Below, piece by piece: positions 18,762 through 31,901 of a stretch of 64,000 nt of DNA. The stretch lies in contig CAWGYA010000006.1 in NCBI GenBank assembly GCA_963826715.1, positions 1 through 64,000 of the forward strand. The letters are read 5' to 3'. The translations under genes and the position numbers were made by a program. Source of the stretch: Candidatus Bathyarchaeota archaeon (GTDB taxonomy: Archaea > Thermoproteota > Bathyarchaeia > Bathyarchaeales > Bathycorpusculaceae). The first letter of the stretch is position 1, and each line of letters opens with the position of its first letter. The notes under the pieces are model-generated. The model had not been told where the DNA came from, made no database searches, and was given only the letters and a program-made list of their open reading frames with translations.

Positions 18762-18878
18762 CCACCCCATCATCTTTTTCGTAATAAAAATCTAGCTCAA
18801 TTATCAAAGATAGAAAGTAGTAATTTACGTCAGACAAGGAAATGTTGATTAGTATGTTTCAAACGAAAAGTTGAAAAT

Positions 18879-19613
18879 CTATAACTTCTCCAGCAATTGC
18901 ACTGCAGCCGATACAGTTTGATTTTGTTGGAGCTCTCTGGATATGGTAGCTACATTATCTCCTGCTTGGTCTCCATACCAACCAAAGAAAGCATGATTGC
19001 CTCCAGATATTTCCACCCGAATAGTTGAAGAAGGAAGAAGTTTCATGGAATCAAAAATTTGTGCTTCACTAACAAGTCCGTCGTTGGTACCATGAATGGT
19101 CGTCACAAACAGATCGCTACTTGAAAGGTTTACTCCAGAAGGCGGATATGCTGCCATTAACAATAACCCATTGACCTTGGAAGGGTTGTCATAAACAAAC
19201 TGGGCAGCCATACTGCCGCCAAGAGAGTGCCCGCCGATTGCCCAAGTGTTGATCTGCGGGTAGGATTTGATTACGTCGTTTGCTATATTCGCTCCAAAAA
19301 CAGCCAAGTTGAGTGGCATCTGAGGGATTACAACAAAGAATCCTTCGGAAGCAATTGCGTGCGCCAAGGGCGCATAGGATCTTAAATCTACCCTACCGCC
19401 TGGATAAATTATTAATCCGGTGGTTGCGTTCGAAGATACTGGGCTAAAAACCAGCCAGTTACCCGTAGAAACACTAACTGCTGAATCAGACTTCAAAGCA
19501 GAGAGAGCTTCAGCCATAGGTACAGGTGGGGTCTCAGCCCAGACAAAAAAGCCAACTAGAGCAACAGCAACAACTAACAAAATTGCAAATATTAACTTGT
19601 TTCTTCGACGCAT
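18879..19613 (-). CDS. Membrane-anchored alpha/beta hydrolase
   Basis: YPGG oxyanion motif, GHSLGG, GTNDG, GGNHAFFG. Confidence 0.88.
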   Translation of the reverse strand: MRRRNKLIFAILLVVAVALVGFFVWAETPPVPMAEALSALKSDSAVSVSTGNWLVFSPVSSNATTGLIIYPGGRVDLRSYAPLAHAIASEGFFVVIPQMPLNLAVFGANIANDVIKSYPQINTWAIGGHSLGGSMAAQFVYDNPSKVNGLLLMAAYPPSGVNLSSSDLFVTTIHGTNDGLVSEAQIFDSMKLLPSSTIRVEISGGNHAFFGWYGDQAGDNVATISRELQQNQTVSAAVQLLEKL

Positions 19614-19745
19614 ATTTATTCCCTCTTTCTATCTTGGTTAACCATGAGATATTGCTTTTTATAGTAAACTTCCGCCTTTTTGGCGGTTCTCTTGCTGTAA
19701 CCATACTTAGAAAAATTAATAAATTTAGGTGAATAACCTATCACA

Positions 19746-20336
19746 ATGGACAAGCCATTTATTAATACTGCATCCAAAAAAGCTTTGTCACCAGAACAAT
19801 TTAAAGAAATAGTTAGATTATTGAGTGCTCGTTTTGAGAAAAACATGAATCGCCATGAAAGTCTTGAATGGGCTAAAATACAGACAAACCTGGAAGCTAA
19901 CTCAGAAAAATTCTGGGCTCTCAATGAAATGGAAAGAACTGGCGGTGAACCAGATGTCGTTGGAATTGATAACAAGACGGGCGAATACATTTTTTATGAT
20001 TGTTCAGCGGAAAGCCCAAAAGGTCGCAGAAATGTTTGCTATGACCAAGAAGGACAGAAGGAGCGGGAAAAGCATGGAGTGCATCCAGAAGGTAACGCTG
20101 TGGGGATGGCAGCCGCCATGGACATTGAGCTTTTGACGGAAGAACAGTATCGAGAACTGCAGAAACTCGGAAATTTCGATACAAAAACCCAAAGCTGGCT
20201 AAAAACACCTTCCGATATTAGAAAACTCGGCGGCGCAATCTTTGGGGACAACCGCTATGGTCATGTCTTTGTATACCATAACAGCGCGCCCTCTTTCTAC
20301 AGCGTTAGAGCGTTCCGAGGATCACTAAAACTCTAA
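19746..20336 (+). CDS. DUF4256 family protein
   Basis: EMERTGGEPDVV, DCSAESPKGRRNVCYD, RAFRGSLKL. Confidence 0.88.
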   Translation: MDKPFINTASKKALSPEQFKEIVRLLSARFEKNMNRHESLEWAKIQTNLEANSEKFWALNEMERTGGEPDVVGIDNKTGEYIFYDCSAESPKGRRNVCYDQEGQKEREKHGVHPEGNAVGMAAAMDIELLTEEQYRELQKLGNFDTKTQSWLKTPSDIRKLGGAIFGDNRYGHVFVYHNSAPSFYSVRAFRGSLKL

Positions 20337-20490
20337 AAGACACCACCTAATTAAGATTCGAGGCGTTGCCTAATATGAACAACCATGCCACGAATTGTTA
20401 TAGCTAATCCACCTTCAGCAATAGCTATTTTTTAGGCATCTCCAACTTTTGGTTGCTCCTTACTTCAATATCAACCATAGCGCATTATCA

Positions 20491-22683
<2,193 letters not shown>

Positions 22684-22763
22684 TTATGATAAAACGTTTT
22701 TCTCTCATCGGCAGAAAAGTCCTTTTTCTTCTCTATTGAAAAGATAGACAAGATTTATTTAAG

Positions 22764-22784
22764 AATTATTATTATCTAATAATT
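22764..22784. promoter_or_regulatory. Fur/Per-box-like palindrome in the katG-fur divergent promoter
   Basis: AATTATTA-TTATC-TAATAATT immediately before the fur ATG. Confidence 0.55.
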
Positions 22785-22786
22785 AA

Positions 22787-23227
22787 ATGACAAACTCTCC
22801 GCAATCTGACATATCTGCAATTAAAGCCCTTCGGAGCAAGGGGTATAAGGCAACTCCACAGAGAATAGCAATCTGCGGAATTGCGCTAAACAGTAGAACC
22901 CACCCATCAGCTCAGCAAATATACGATGAAGTTAGAAAAATTCATCCGACTGTGAGTCTTGCGACTGTTTACAAGACTTTGGATGTACTAAGAGAGCTAT
23001 ATTTAGTTCAAGAGATTAATTTTCCAAAGGGACAAGCCCGGTTTGATTCCTATTTGAGGCCGCATATAAACTTGGTTTGCTTGAAATGTGGTGGCATCAC
23101 AGACTTAGATGAAAAACTAATAAGAGAAATTACAAGTAAGGTTATTTCATCTACAAAATTTAAGCCTACTGGACAACGCATGGATGTATATGGAATTTGC
23201 CAAAAATGCAGTATTAGTCCTACCTAA
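22787..23227 (+). CDS. Fur/PerR-family repressor
   Basis: TPQR, HPSA, SLATVYKTL, HINLVCLKCG, GICQKC; divergent from katG. Confidence 0.92.
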   Translation: MTNSPQSDISAIKALRSKGYKATPQRIAICGIALNSRTHPSAQQIYDEVRKIHPTVSLATVYKTLDVLRELYLVQEINFPKGQARFDSYLRPHINLVCLKCGGITDLDEKLIREITSKVISSTKFKPTGQRMDVYGICQKCSISPT

Positions 23228-23429
23228 TAGAAAACGCCAGTGCCGAATCTGGTAACGCAGAAATTATTGTTGCTCCCAAGGCTGGTTTACTCTGATTTTT
23301 AAACAATCCAGACTCTCAAAGACTACATTTTTTTTATTTTAATTTGCCAATCAAGATCTAGACTTAACACTATTCTTAAAAGCAAATACGTCTAACTTGA
23401 TTAGCGCTTAACTGAATGTGAGACATTGT

Positions 23430-26396
23430 ATGAGTAACTTTCTTGAATGCCTAAATAGCCAGCAGAGAGAAGCTGTGGAACAGAATGAACGCCCACTCCT
23501 AATCATAGCGGGTGCAGGTTCAGGAAAAACTTTGACAGTGGCAAACAAAATTGCCTATCTAATATCGAAGGGTGTTGGGCCCGAAAATATTTTGGCGTTA
23601 GCATATAACCAGAAAGCTGCTGAAGAATTGAAGGAAAGAGTTCTGGGTTTGGTTAAGGATTCTGAGGAATTGAGTATTTCGACTTTTCATTCTTTTTGTA
23701 ATCAGGTATTGCAGGATAATCTCCTTAATACTAAACTTAATGCTAACTATAGAATTATTACAGACACTGCTCAGCTGGTTTATTTTACTAAAAACATTAA
23801 CAGTTTTGGTATTGAGTTTTTGCAGTTTAATCATGAACCCTTCACGTTGGCAGATGAGGTCAAAAAGTTCATCGCTAGGTGCAAAGACGAGTCCATATCT
23901 GTTAGAGATTTGGAACAATGGATTGAAAATCAAAATAGAAAGCAACTTGATGAAGAAGAGCAAATTTCCTTTAACAACGTAAAAGACATTATAAAAATTT
24001 ACGAATCATACGAGAATTATAAGGCCAAGCATAACATGCTTGATTTCGGGGATATGCTCTGCACGGTATACAGCCTACTAAACAATAATCCATTGATTTT
24101 AAGATACTACCAAGAACGCTTCCAATATGTTATCGTTGATGAATTTCAAGACACCAATTACATACAGCTCCAAATTGTACATTTGATAGCTAAACACCAT
24201 GGCCACATCACAGTCGTGGGGGATGATGATCAGAGTATCTACCGCTTCAGAGGCGCCTATCTCACCAACATTGCCGAATTCAAACAAATGTTCCCAAACT
24301 TCACAGAGAAAACCCTGGAGCACAACTACAGAAGCACCAAAAACATTGTCGCTACAGCCAACACTCTAATCGAGACCAGCCCCGAGCGAACAAAAAAGAC
24401 CCTTTTCACAAACAACCCCGAAGGTGAAAAAGTCACGGTTGTAGAAACACCAACCGATAATTCTCAAGCCAGCTATATCCTTGAAACAATCAAAGAACAA
24501 CTTAAAACCCATCCCCCAAAAGACATAGCAGTCTTATGCAGGAGAAGAGCAAGCGCCGAACCCATAATCAAAGCCCTAAGAAAACAAAATATACCCTTCA
24601 ACTTTGTAGGAGAGACAGGTTTCTTCCAAGAACCCATAATCAAAGATATCACCGCCTACCTAAAAGTAGCAAGCAACCCACTGGAGAGCAATGCTGAACT
24701 CGTTCGAATTCTACACCGTTTCAACACCAGCCCTGTTGACATCTCCAGATTTACCGCCTATGCAAAGCGCAAAGACCTTTCGCTCTACGAAACCCTCGAT
24801 CACCTCAATGAGTTAAAGGTAGATAAGCTCAATTTCCACTCAGTTAAGCAGCTTTTAGTAAAGGTCTTAGATAACAGCAAGCGCATGCGTACTCTCGACA
24901 TGATCCATAACTTGCTCTTTGAGCTTGAATTCTATAAATACGAGTTATCCTTGCAGAACAATAGAAACATACAATTGCTAAATCAATTTTACCGGTTTGC
25001 AGAGGAATTTGACAGCCTATACCCAGGCAGCGATATTGATGACTTCACGGAATATCTCTCTTACGCATCAAATTTTGAAGTCGAACATGCAGATAGCGAC
25101 GAGCAAGCTATCGTGATCTCAACAATTCATGGCGTTAAAGGCATGCAGTATCCCATCGTGATTGTTCCGGACCTTGTAGACCGCAAACTACCAACTAACC
25201 ACCAAAAAGACAAATTCCCTCTACCCCAAGAATTACTCAAAGGCATAAAATCAGAATTCGACGATAAGGAACTCCATCTTCAAGAAGAACGCAGACTATT
25301 CTATGTATCTATAACCCGTGCCAAAGAACGACTCATTATAACCTATGCTAAGCGTTTTGGTGAAAACAAAACGGACTCCAAAGCCTCCAAATTTCTAAAA
25401 GAATTACAATATCTAAACAACCCAAATATAGACTACAAACAGGAAAACCCAGCCGAAGCTGAAGTTGAATGTGTGTCAAATGAAAACCAAACAGAAACAA
25501 TCCTGCTAAAACAAATTGTAAGTTCGATAAAAACACAAAACTACTACCAAGCAATCCAAAACGTTCTTCTGATGGCTAAATGCAAAAATAAAAACCTCAA
25601 CGTTCAATCTGACATAATAGATAAAATAACAGAGCCAGACACGACCTTAGAGCAGACCTGTCAACAAACCCCTTTACGTCCGCCCGAGAACCACTTCTTT
25701 AGTGTATCACAATTCATCTCTTATAAAAAATGCCCAAGACTCTACCAGTACCGCTATTTGTTAAAGATTCCTGAGAAGCCTCGATACTATTTTGACTTTG
25801 GCTCCTCCATCCACAACATCGTCGAGCAACTAACTAAACTGATCAAGGACGGAAAACCGATAAACCAAGATATTGCTTTTGAGTTGCTCCAAAAGTATTG
25901 GGATCCAAAGGGCTATAAAACAAAAATAGACGAAGAACGTGACTACACAGAAGCAAAAGCTGTCCTGAAAGTATTTTTGGAAGAACAAGCCAAGAGCACA
26001 AGTAAAATTTTGGATATTGAACGTTGGTTTGAAACAACTATAGGGAATGTCAAAATCACCGGCAGAATCGACCGCATAGACAAAGACCCAACCGGCATCA
26101 CCGTCATTGACTATAAAACAAGCAAAAAAGCTCAATCACTAAACGAACTCAAAAATGACATGCAACTACTAGTTTACTCAACAGCTGTTAGCCAAATTTA
26201 TGGTGGCAAGCCAGTAGTTGGCGATTGGTTTTTGAGAACAAACGAGAAAGTATTCTTCGAACCTGAAGAACAAGCGCTGAATGAGTTAAAAACTGAACTG
26301 GTAGATATAGCTACTAAAATCAAAGCGGGCATATATGAGCCTAAGGAAAGCTGGGAATGTAACTACTGCGACTACACCTGCCTCTGCGACCTCTAA
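23430..26396 (+). CDS. UvrD/Rep helicase fused to a C-terminal PD-(D/E)XK nuclease with Fe-S cysteines
   Basis: AGAGSGKT, VDEFQD, GDDDQSIYRFRGA, EERRLFYVSITRA; then CPR...GRIDRID...IDYKT...CNYCDYTCLC. Confidence 0.92.
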   Translation: MSNFLECLNSQQREAVEQNERPLLIIAGAGSGKTLTVANKIAYLISKGVGPENILALAYNQKAAEELKERVLGLVKDSEELSISTFHSFCNQVLQDNLLNTKLNANYRIITDTAQLVYFTKNINSFGIEFLQFNHEPFTLADEVKKFIARCKDESISVRDLEQWIENQNRKQLDEEEQISFNNVKDIIKIYESYENYKAKHNMLDFGDMLCTVYSLLNNNPLILRYYQERFQYVIVDEFQDTNYIQLQIVHLIAKHHGHITVVGDDDQSIYRFRGAYLTNIAEFKQMFPNFTEKTLEHNYRSTKNIVATANTLIETSPERTKKTLFTNNPEGEKVTVVETPTDNSQASYILETIKEQLKTHPPKDIAVLCRRRASAEPIIKALRKQNIPFNFVGETGFFQEPIIKDITAYLKVASNPLESNAELVRILHRFNTSPVDISRFTAYAKRKDLSLYETLDHLNELKVDKLNFHSVKQLLVKVLDNSKRMRTLDMIHNLLFELEFYKYELSLQNNRNIQLLNQFYRFAEEFDSLYPGSDIDDFTEYLSYASNFEVEHADSDEQAIVISTIHGVKGMQYPIVIVPDLVDRKLPTNHQKDKFPLPQELLKGIKSEFDDKELHLQEERRLFYVSITRAKERLIITYAKRFGENKTDSKASKFLKELQYLNNPNIDYKQENPAEAEVECVSNENQTETILLKQIVSSIKTQNYYQAIQNVLLMAKCKNKNLNVQSDIIDKITEPDTTLEQTCQQTPLRPPENHFFSVSQFISYKKCPRLYQYRYLLKIPEKPRYYFDFGSSIHNIVEQLTKLIKDGKPINQDIAFELLQKYWDPKGYKTKIDEERDYTEAKAVLKVFLEEQAKSTSKILDIERWFETTIGNVKITGRIDRIDKDPTGITVIDYKTSKKAQSLNELKNDMQLLVYSTAVSQIYGGKPVVGDWFLRTNEKVFFEPEEQALNELKTELVDIATKIKAGIYEPKESWECNYCDYTCLCDL

Positions 26397-26570
26397 TTCA
26401 ACGGCTGATTCTTTTCTAAATCAGTATTGAACACCATATCGATACTAGCAGACAAAGGCATGATACTTTGCATACTAAAAAACCATTAAGCGAGTTAATA
26501 GAGAAACGAGTCAGGATAAAACAATATATATTACGAGTCGCTGATTTTTTTTAAGAATGGAGATGTTTTT

Positions 26571-27317
26571 ATGCGTATTTTTAAGAATAAAAAAGCCCTA
26601 AGTGCACTTATCATTGTTTTGTTGGTCGTTGGACTTGTTGTAATAGCAGTTGGAGCCGTTTTTGTTTTTCTTTGGGTTTCACCTGGCAACCTAAGAACAG
26701 AAAACATGGAGTTTAGCAGTTTTTCAAATGTAGAAGCTGGCTCAGCTTTCCAAGTAAACATAACACAATCCGATACCTTCAGTGTAAAGATTTCAGCTGG
26801 AGAAAACATTTTTGACAGAATACAAGTCACACAAGAGGGTCAAACCCTAAAAATCCACATAAACCCAGGAATATTTTTCGGCACCTTAAACGCGAAAGCT
26901 GAAATAACAATGCCCACCTTGAACAGTCTCGATATAGCTGGTGCAACCCATGGAACAGTCGATGGTTTTAACAGTTCTGAACAATTTGCAGCCAAAGTAT
27001 CAGGAGCAAGTTTCTTAGAACTAACAAATCTCATGGTTGGAAACGTAGACTTTGAACTGTCTGGATTCTCGCATCTTACAGGCGCCGGTACAGGAAGCAA
27101 TCTAACATCAACAGTTTCGGGAGCAAGCAACTTAGATCTCACAAACTTCCAAGTTGACAATGCCAACGTTGACCTGAGCGGAGGAAGTCACGCAACCGTT
27201 ATGCTCAATGGACGATTAGATGTTCAAGCAAGCGGAGCATCGTCTCTTGAGTACATTGGCGAACCAACTCTTGGGACAATTAACACATCAGGCGCATCAT
27301 CCATCAACAAAAGATAA
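26571..27317 (+). CDS. GIN/DUF2807 beta-helix surface protein
   Basis: Repeated SGAS motifs; N-terminus KNKKA|LSALIIVLLVV resembles a class III (prepilin) signal. Confidence 0.8.
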   Translation: MRIFKNKKALSALIIVLLVVGLVVIAVGAVFVFLWVSPGNLRTENMEFSSFSNVEAGSAFQVNITQSDTFSVKISAGENIFDRIQVTQEGQTLKIHINPGIFFGTLNAKAEITMPTLNSLDIAGATHGTVDGFNSSEQFAAKVSGASFLELTNLMVGNVDFELSGFSHLTGAGTGSNLTSTVSGASNLDLTNFQVDNANVDLSGGSHATVMLNGRLDVQASGASSLEYIGEPTLGTINTSGASSINKR

Positions 27318-27332
27318 CCTGACTTCCGAATA

Positions 27333-27356
27333 AAGGACCTATATCATAGGGTCCTT
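27333..27356. terminator. Hairpin between convergent genes
   Basis: AAGGACC-TATATCATAG-GGTCCTT. Confidence 0.45.
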
Positions 27357-27362
27357 CCCTCA

Positions 27363-27971
27363 TTATTTTTTGGATTTTTTATAAATCGAAACAAAGTTGT
27401 TTTCTTTAATATAGAACCGCCAAGGTCTTTTCTGCCATTCGCCAGCATAATCTATGCCCACCCGGGAGGTTTCAATTATTTCTCCTAAATTGATGGTGGG
27501 AGCATCGTTAATATAAAGTGGAGATTTTGTCACATCAAGTTTATTCTGCTCTATCGTTATACCCATCGCCATACAAAGCCGGCCAGGTCCATTGGACAAG
27601 TTAGACCTATTTCCACCTCTGCGTTTAACCATAAGCTCCTCACCAACAACCGGCTCAAGTGCTCTAAGCAAAACAGCCTCAGGTTTATCAGCAACACATC
27701 CAGCAGTGATGTTGACACAAAAGTACATTCCATAAATTAAATACACATACACATGACCTTTTTCTCCATACATAACTTCATTTCTAGCAGTTCGGCGTCC
27801 ACCAAAGCTATGCGAAGCTCGATCTTCAGGTCCACAGTATGCTTCGGTCTCCACAATCTTACCAGCAGTTATACCGTCGGGTGACTCGTGCACAATTATC
27901 TTTCCCAACAAATCTTTTGCAACAGTGAGTATGTCTCTTTCATAAAATGCCCGAGGCAATATCGCATTCAT
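27363..27971 (-). CDS. mpg: 3-methyladenine DNA glycosylase (MPG/AAG family)
   Basis: IVETEAY, YVYLIYGMY, AVLLRALEP, NGPGRLC, RVGI, PWRF. Confidence 0.93.
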   Translation of the reverse strand: MNAILPRAFYERDILTVAKDLLGKIIVHESPDGITAGKIVETEAYCGPEDRASHSFGGRRTARNEVMYGEKGHVYVYLIYGMYFCVNITAGCVADKPEAVLLRALEPVVGEELMVKRRGGNRSNLSNGPGRLCMAMGITIEQNKLDVTKSPLYINDAPTINLGEIIETSRVGIDYAGEWQKRPWRFYIKENNFVSIYKKSKK

Positions 27972-28196
27972 AGTTTTCCTCTCTTAAATAAAGGAGTTAG
28001 GCGTCATCTTATTTTTTCTTTAGCTCTCGAAAATCGATCCAAAGCTGTCTTCATTCAAATCTCTCTAAATACTTTAAGGTAGCACCGACAATTTTCGATT
28101 CGCCAAAAACAGCACATAGTCATTTACAACACCTTTTTGCTCAAATAACAATAGGGCTTTTATAACCATAAAAGACTGATAAAGTTTGACTGATAA

Positions 28197-29450
28197 GTGC
28201 CAATCATTTACGTTTGCAGAAAATGCAAAAAGGATCATTCTAAAGAAGAATACTTACTGAGCAGATTCTGCATAGATTGTGGTTCTTTTCTATTGTCAAC
28301 ATTCAGAATCGAAAATCAGGCTTTGACAACGCATAAGAAGGTTACTCAAAACACTAACTCTTCCAGAGAGAAAATTTCTTTATTTATGGCAGCTGAAAAT
28401 CTTCGCCGGAGAGTCACTCATTCAAAAGAATATGAAATAGTCTCTGAAACAGAAAAAGAAGAGGAACAAAAAGCTCCATCTTTTGAAAGCTGGATATGGA
28501 GCTCTGAGTTCGATGAAGCCCTAAAACTTGAAAAAAATCTCATAAAACAGTACAAAAACCAGAATCTTGAAAATGCCATACCTGGAAAAGTAATTTCTAA
28601 CCAACAAGGCGAATGCTATGAAATATCAGCTTCGTGTGCGTCTACATTTAAAAAGATAACCTACGAAGAAAGCAGACAAATCATAATCTCTGACCTCAAA
28701 GTAATCTCAGGTATAGGACCTGTAAGCGAAAAGATATTAAAAAAACAAGGTTACCCGACAATAGAAGACTTAGAACGTCATCCACGCTGGAAAAAACAAG
28801 CCTCTGACTACATGAAAATAGTAAATAACAAAGAAATAAACTCCGCGCAGAACTGGTTGTGGCAACGTCTACCAAAATCTCATCCATTTCTCCACTACTT
28901 ATCGGGCTTTTGCCAAGACCAAGACTTTGCAATTATAGACATTGAAACCTTGGGGTTATCAGAACGACCAATCATATTGATAGGGATTGCTAAACCTACA
29001 AGAGACCAAATATGCACAAAACAATTTTTGCTAAGAGACATACAAGATGAACCTAGCGCAATCTGGGCTTTAGTCTCCCAACTTGAACCCAACGCATCAC
29101 TTATAACCTTCAACGGCAGAAGCTTTGACATTCCCTACATTAAACAAAGGTTAGCATACTATGGATTAGATGCCCCCTTGGAGAATATCCACTTTGACCT
29201 TCTGCATTTTACTAGACGAGCCTTGAAACATAAGTTAGCGGATTGCAAGCTAGATACCGTTGAGAAATATATTGGCGTCGAAAGAGGCATCAACATCCCC
29301 GGGGCACTAGTTCCCCACTTCTATGACACTTATCTGAGAACAAAAAACGTAGGTCCTCTTGTACCCATAGTTGAACACAACCGACAAGACCTATTAACAC
29401 TGGGAAGCCTGTTTTCCAAGCTTTATGAGGAATGGAATCTTGATAGATGA
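28197..29450 (+). CDS. YprB/MrfB-like RNase H-fold exonuclease with N-terminal zinc ribbon and HhH
   Basis: CRKC...CIDC; ISGIGP; IDIETLGL, TFNGRSFDIP, HFDLLH, HNRQDL. Confidence 0.85.
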   Translation: MPIIYVCRKCKKDHSKEEYLLSRFCIDCGSFLLSTFRIENQALTTHKKVTQNTNSSREKISLFMAAENLRRRVTHSKEYEIVSETEKEEEQKAPSFESWIWSSEFDEALKLEKNLIKQYKNQNLENAIPGKVISNQQGECYEISASCASTFKKITYEESRQIIISDLKVISGIGPVSEKILKKQGYPTIEDLERHPRWKKQASDYMKIVNNKEINSAQNWLWQRLPKSHPFLHYLSGFCQDQDFAIIDIETLGLSERPIILIGIAKPTRDQICTKQFLLRDIQDEPSAIWALVSQLEPNASLITFNGRSFDIPYIKQRLAYYGLDAPLENIHFDLLHFTRRALKHKLADCKLDTVEKYIGVERGINIPGALVPHFYDTYLRTKNVGPLVPIVEHNRQDLLTLGSLFSKLYEEWNLDR

Positions 29451-31737
29451 CTACATAAAATCAATAAAACACATGTCATCTTACAAAAAACAAATCGTAC
29501 ACAAAGAAGAAATCCCCGCCCAGGATGCAACCTTTGGAAAACTCGAGAAACCGCTTCCAGAAAATATCCAAACTTGCCTATTAAAAAGAAATATCAAACT
29601 TTATTCCCATCAATCCGAAGCCATAAACTATGCACGGCAAGGCAAAAACGTTGTAATTTCAACCCCCACAGCCTCAGGCAAAACTTTAGCATTCAATATT
29701 CCAGTTTTTGAGGCATTAACCAAAGACAAGAAGGCTACCGCATTATACCTCTACCCAACAAAAGCGCTAACAAACGATCAATTAAAAGTCCTAAAAGAAC
29801 TCGAAAAAGATACGTGCATTAAAGCAAATTCAAATGTCTATGATGGAGATACACCTCAACATCAAAGAGCTGGAATTCGAGAAAAATCCAGAATTATATT
29901 GACTAACCCATATGGCCTTCATCAATATCTGCCCTGGCACTACAAATGGCGGACCTTCCTTCAAAACCTCAAATTCATCATAATAGATGAAGCACACGTC
30001 TACCGCGGAGTTTTCGGCTCCAACGTGGCCATGGTTATCAGAAGGTTACTAAGAATCTGCAATTATTATCACTCAAATCCTCAAATAATTCTCTCGTCAG
30101 CAACAATCGCAAACCCTATAGAACATGCCAACAAACTCACCGGAAAAGAGTTTGAAATCGTATCAAACGATGGTTCTCCAAGAGGAAAAAAGTCATTTCT
30201 ATTCTGGAACCCACCATTCATCGATACAACAAACACAGTTCGACGATCCACCCATCAAGAAACAAAAGATATCCTAACAGTTAACATCCTCAAAAACTTA
30301 CAGACACTTTGCTTCACAACATCAAGACAAATGGCTGAACTTATAACACGATGGACCAAAGAAGAACTCACAAAACGATCAAAACCAACCAATATAATAA
30401 CGGCTTACCGAGCGGGTTACTTGCCCCAAGAACGCCGTGACATAGAAAACCGACTAAAAAACAAAAAACTAATCGGTGTTGTCTCAACCAATGCCTTGGA
30501 ACTAGGAATCGATATTGGATCACTTGACGCAGTAATAATTTCGGGCTATCCCGGAACCGTAATCTCTACATGGCAACAAGCTGGACGCGCGGGCAGAAGC
30601 AACGCTGATTCAATTGTAACACTAGTTGCTTTCCAAAATCCATTAGACCAATATTTCATGAAACATCCAGAAGACTTTTTCGGAAGACCCCACGAACAAG
30701 CTATTATCGATCTTCATAATCAGTACATCTCTTTGGGACACATAATGTGCGCCTCAAGTGAACTACCACTTACAGAAGCAGCCGATAAACAGTTTTTCCC
30801 AGAAATACTATCTGAAAGTATTCAAGCACTCGAACGGGAAAACCTAATCAGAAAAACACCTCGAGGATGGGTCTACTCAGGCACCGCGAGAACCACAGAA
30901 GTTGTGAATCTTGAAAGTATTTCTCATCAAACCGTTACCGTGATCTGCAAAGGAAACCTACTAGAAACTCTCACCGTAAACAAAGCATACGAAGAAGTTC
31001 ACGCTGGCGCAGTTTTGCTGCATCAAGGTGAAACCTACATCTCAGAAGAGCTCGACCTAAACCAATTAGTAGCTAAAGTTAGGCAGGAAAACGTCAACTA
31101 CTATACTGAGACACTAAAAGACGTCGACGTCGCAATCAAAAAAACTCATGAAGAAACAAACAATGGAGTTAAAGTTGGACTAGGAGAACTATCAATAACT
31201 GAACATTACCATACCTTTCTAACCAAAACTTATGATGAAGTCATTAAAAGAACCCCGCTCAGTTTGCCACCGCTCTATTTTTCAACTGTGGGTTTGTGGT
31301 TCATAATCCCAGAAGAAATCAAAGAAGACATTGAAAACAAAGGACACGACTTCAACGGTGGACTACATGCAGTTGAACATGCAATGATAGCAATCTCGCC
31401 GATATTCGCAATGTGCGACCGATGGGACATCGGAGGACTATCAACACCTCTGCATCCTGATACTGGAGAGCCAACCATTTTCATCTACGACGGCTTCGAG
31501 GGCGGAATAGGAATCTCAGAAACCCTATACTCAAAAATAATACCACTCTGGGAAAAAACACTACAATTAATAGACAACTGTGAATGCAAAGACGGCTGCC
31601 CCTCATGCATTTACTCACCAAAATGTGGAAACGAAAATAGCCCATTGGATAAGAAGGCAGCAAGTATCATCTTAAAGCATCTTTTGAAATTGTCTGCAAA
31701 CAAAAACCGCCGGGGTACCAATAAAACAAACCGTTAA
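29440..31737 (+). CDS. Hrq1/YprA/MrfA-like DEAH helicase with DUF1998
   Basis: TPTASGKT, DEAH, SAT, QQAGRAGR, GGLHAVEH, CECKDGCPSC. Confidence 0.93.
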   Translation: MIDDYIKSIKHMSSYKKQIVHKEEIPAQDATFGKLEKPLPENIQTCLLKRNIKLYSHQSEAINYARQGKNVVISTPTASGKTLAFNIPVFEALTKDKKATALYLYPTKALTNDQLKVLKELEKDTCIKANSNVYDGDTPQHQRAGIREKSRIILTNPYGLHQYLPWHYKWRTFLQNLKFIIIDEAHVYRGVFGSNVAMVIRRLLRICNYYHSNPQIILSSATIANPIEHANKLTGKEFEIVSNDGSPRGKKSFLFWNPPFIDTTNTVRRSTHQETKDILTVNILKNLQTLCFTTSRQMAELITRWTKEELTKRSKPTNIITAYRAGYLPQERRDIENRLKNKKLIGVVSTNALELGIDIGSLDAVIISGYPGTVISTWQQAGRAGRSNADSIVTLVAFQNPLDQYFMKHPEDFFGRPHEQAIIDLHNQYISLGHIMCASSELPLTEAADKQFFPEILSESIQALERENLIRKTPRGWVYSGTARTTEVVNLESISHQTVTVICKGNLLETLTVNKAYEEVHAGAVLLHQGETYISEELDLNQLVAKVRQENVNYYTETLKDVDVAIKKTHEETNNGVKVGLGELSITEHYHTFLTKTYDEVIKRTPLSLPPLYFSTVGLWFIIPEEIKEDIENKGHDFNGGLHAVEHAMIAISPIFAMCDRWDIGGLSTPLHPDTGEPTIFIYDGFEGGIGISETLYSKIIPLWEKTLQLIDNCECKDGCPSCIYSPKCGNENSPLDKKAASIILKHLLKLSANKNRRGTNKTNR

Positions 31738-31901
31738 AAATCAAACATAATCTAAATCTATCTCCAGAAAAATCTAAAGAATTACAGGTAAGATTAAAAG
31801 AGGATTCTAATTATCAATGAAATAACAGGTAATCGTGATGATAATTGACTTTTCTCAAAAATATTTGAATTTCTATGCTCCAAAGAGCCAAATCGCTATA
31901 A

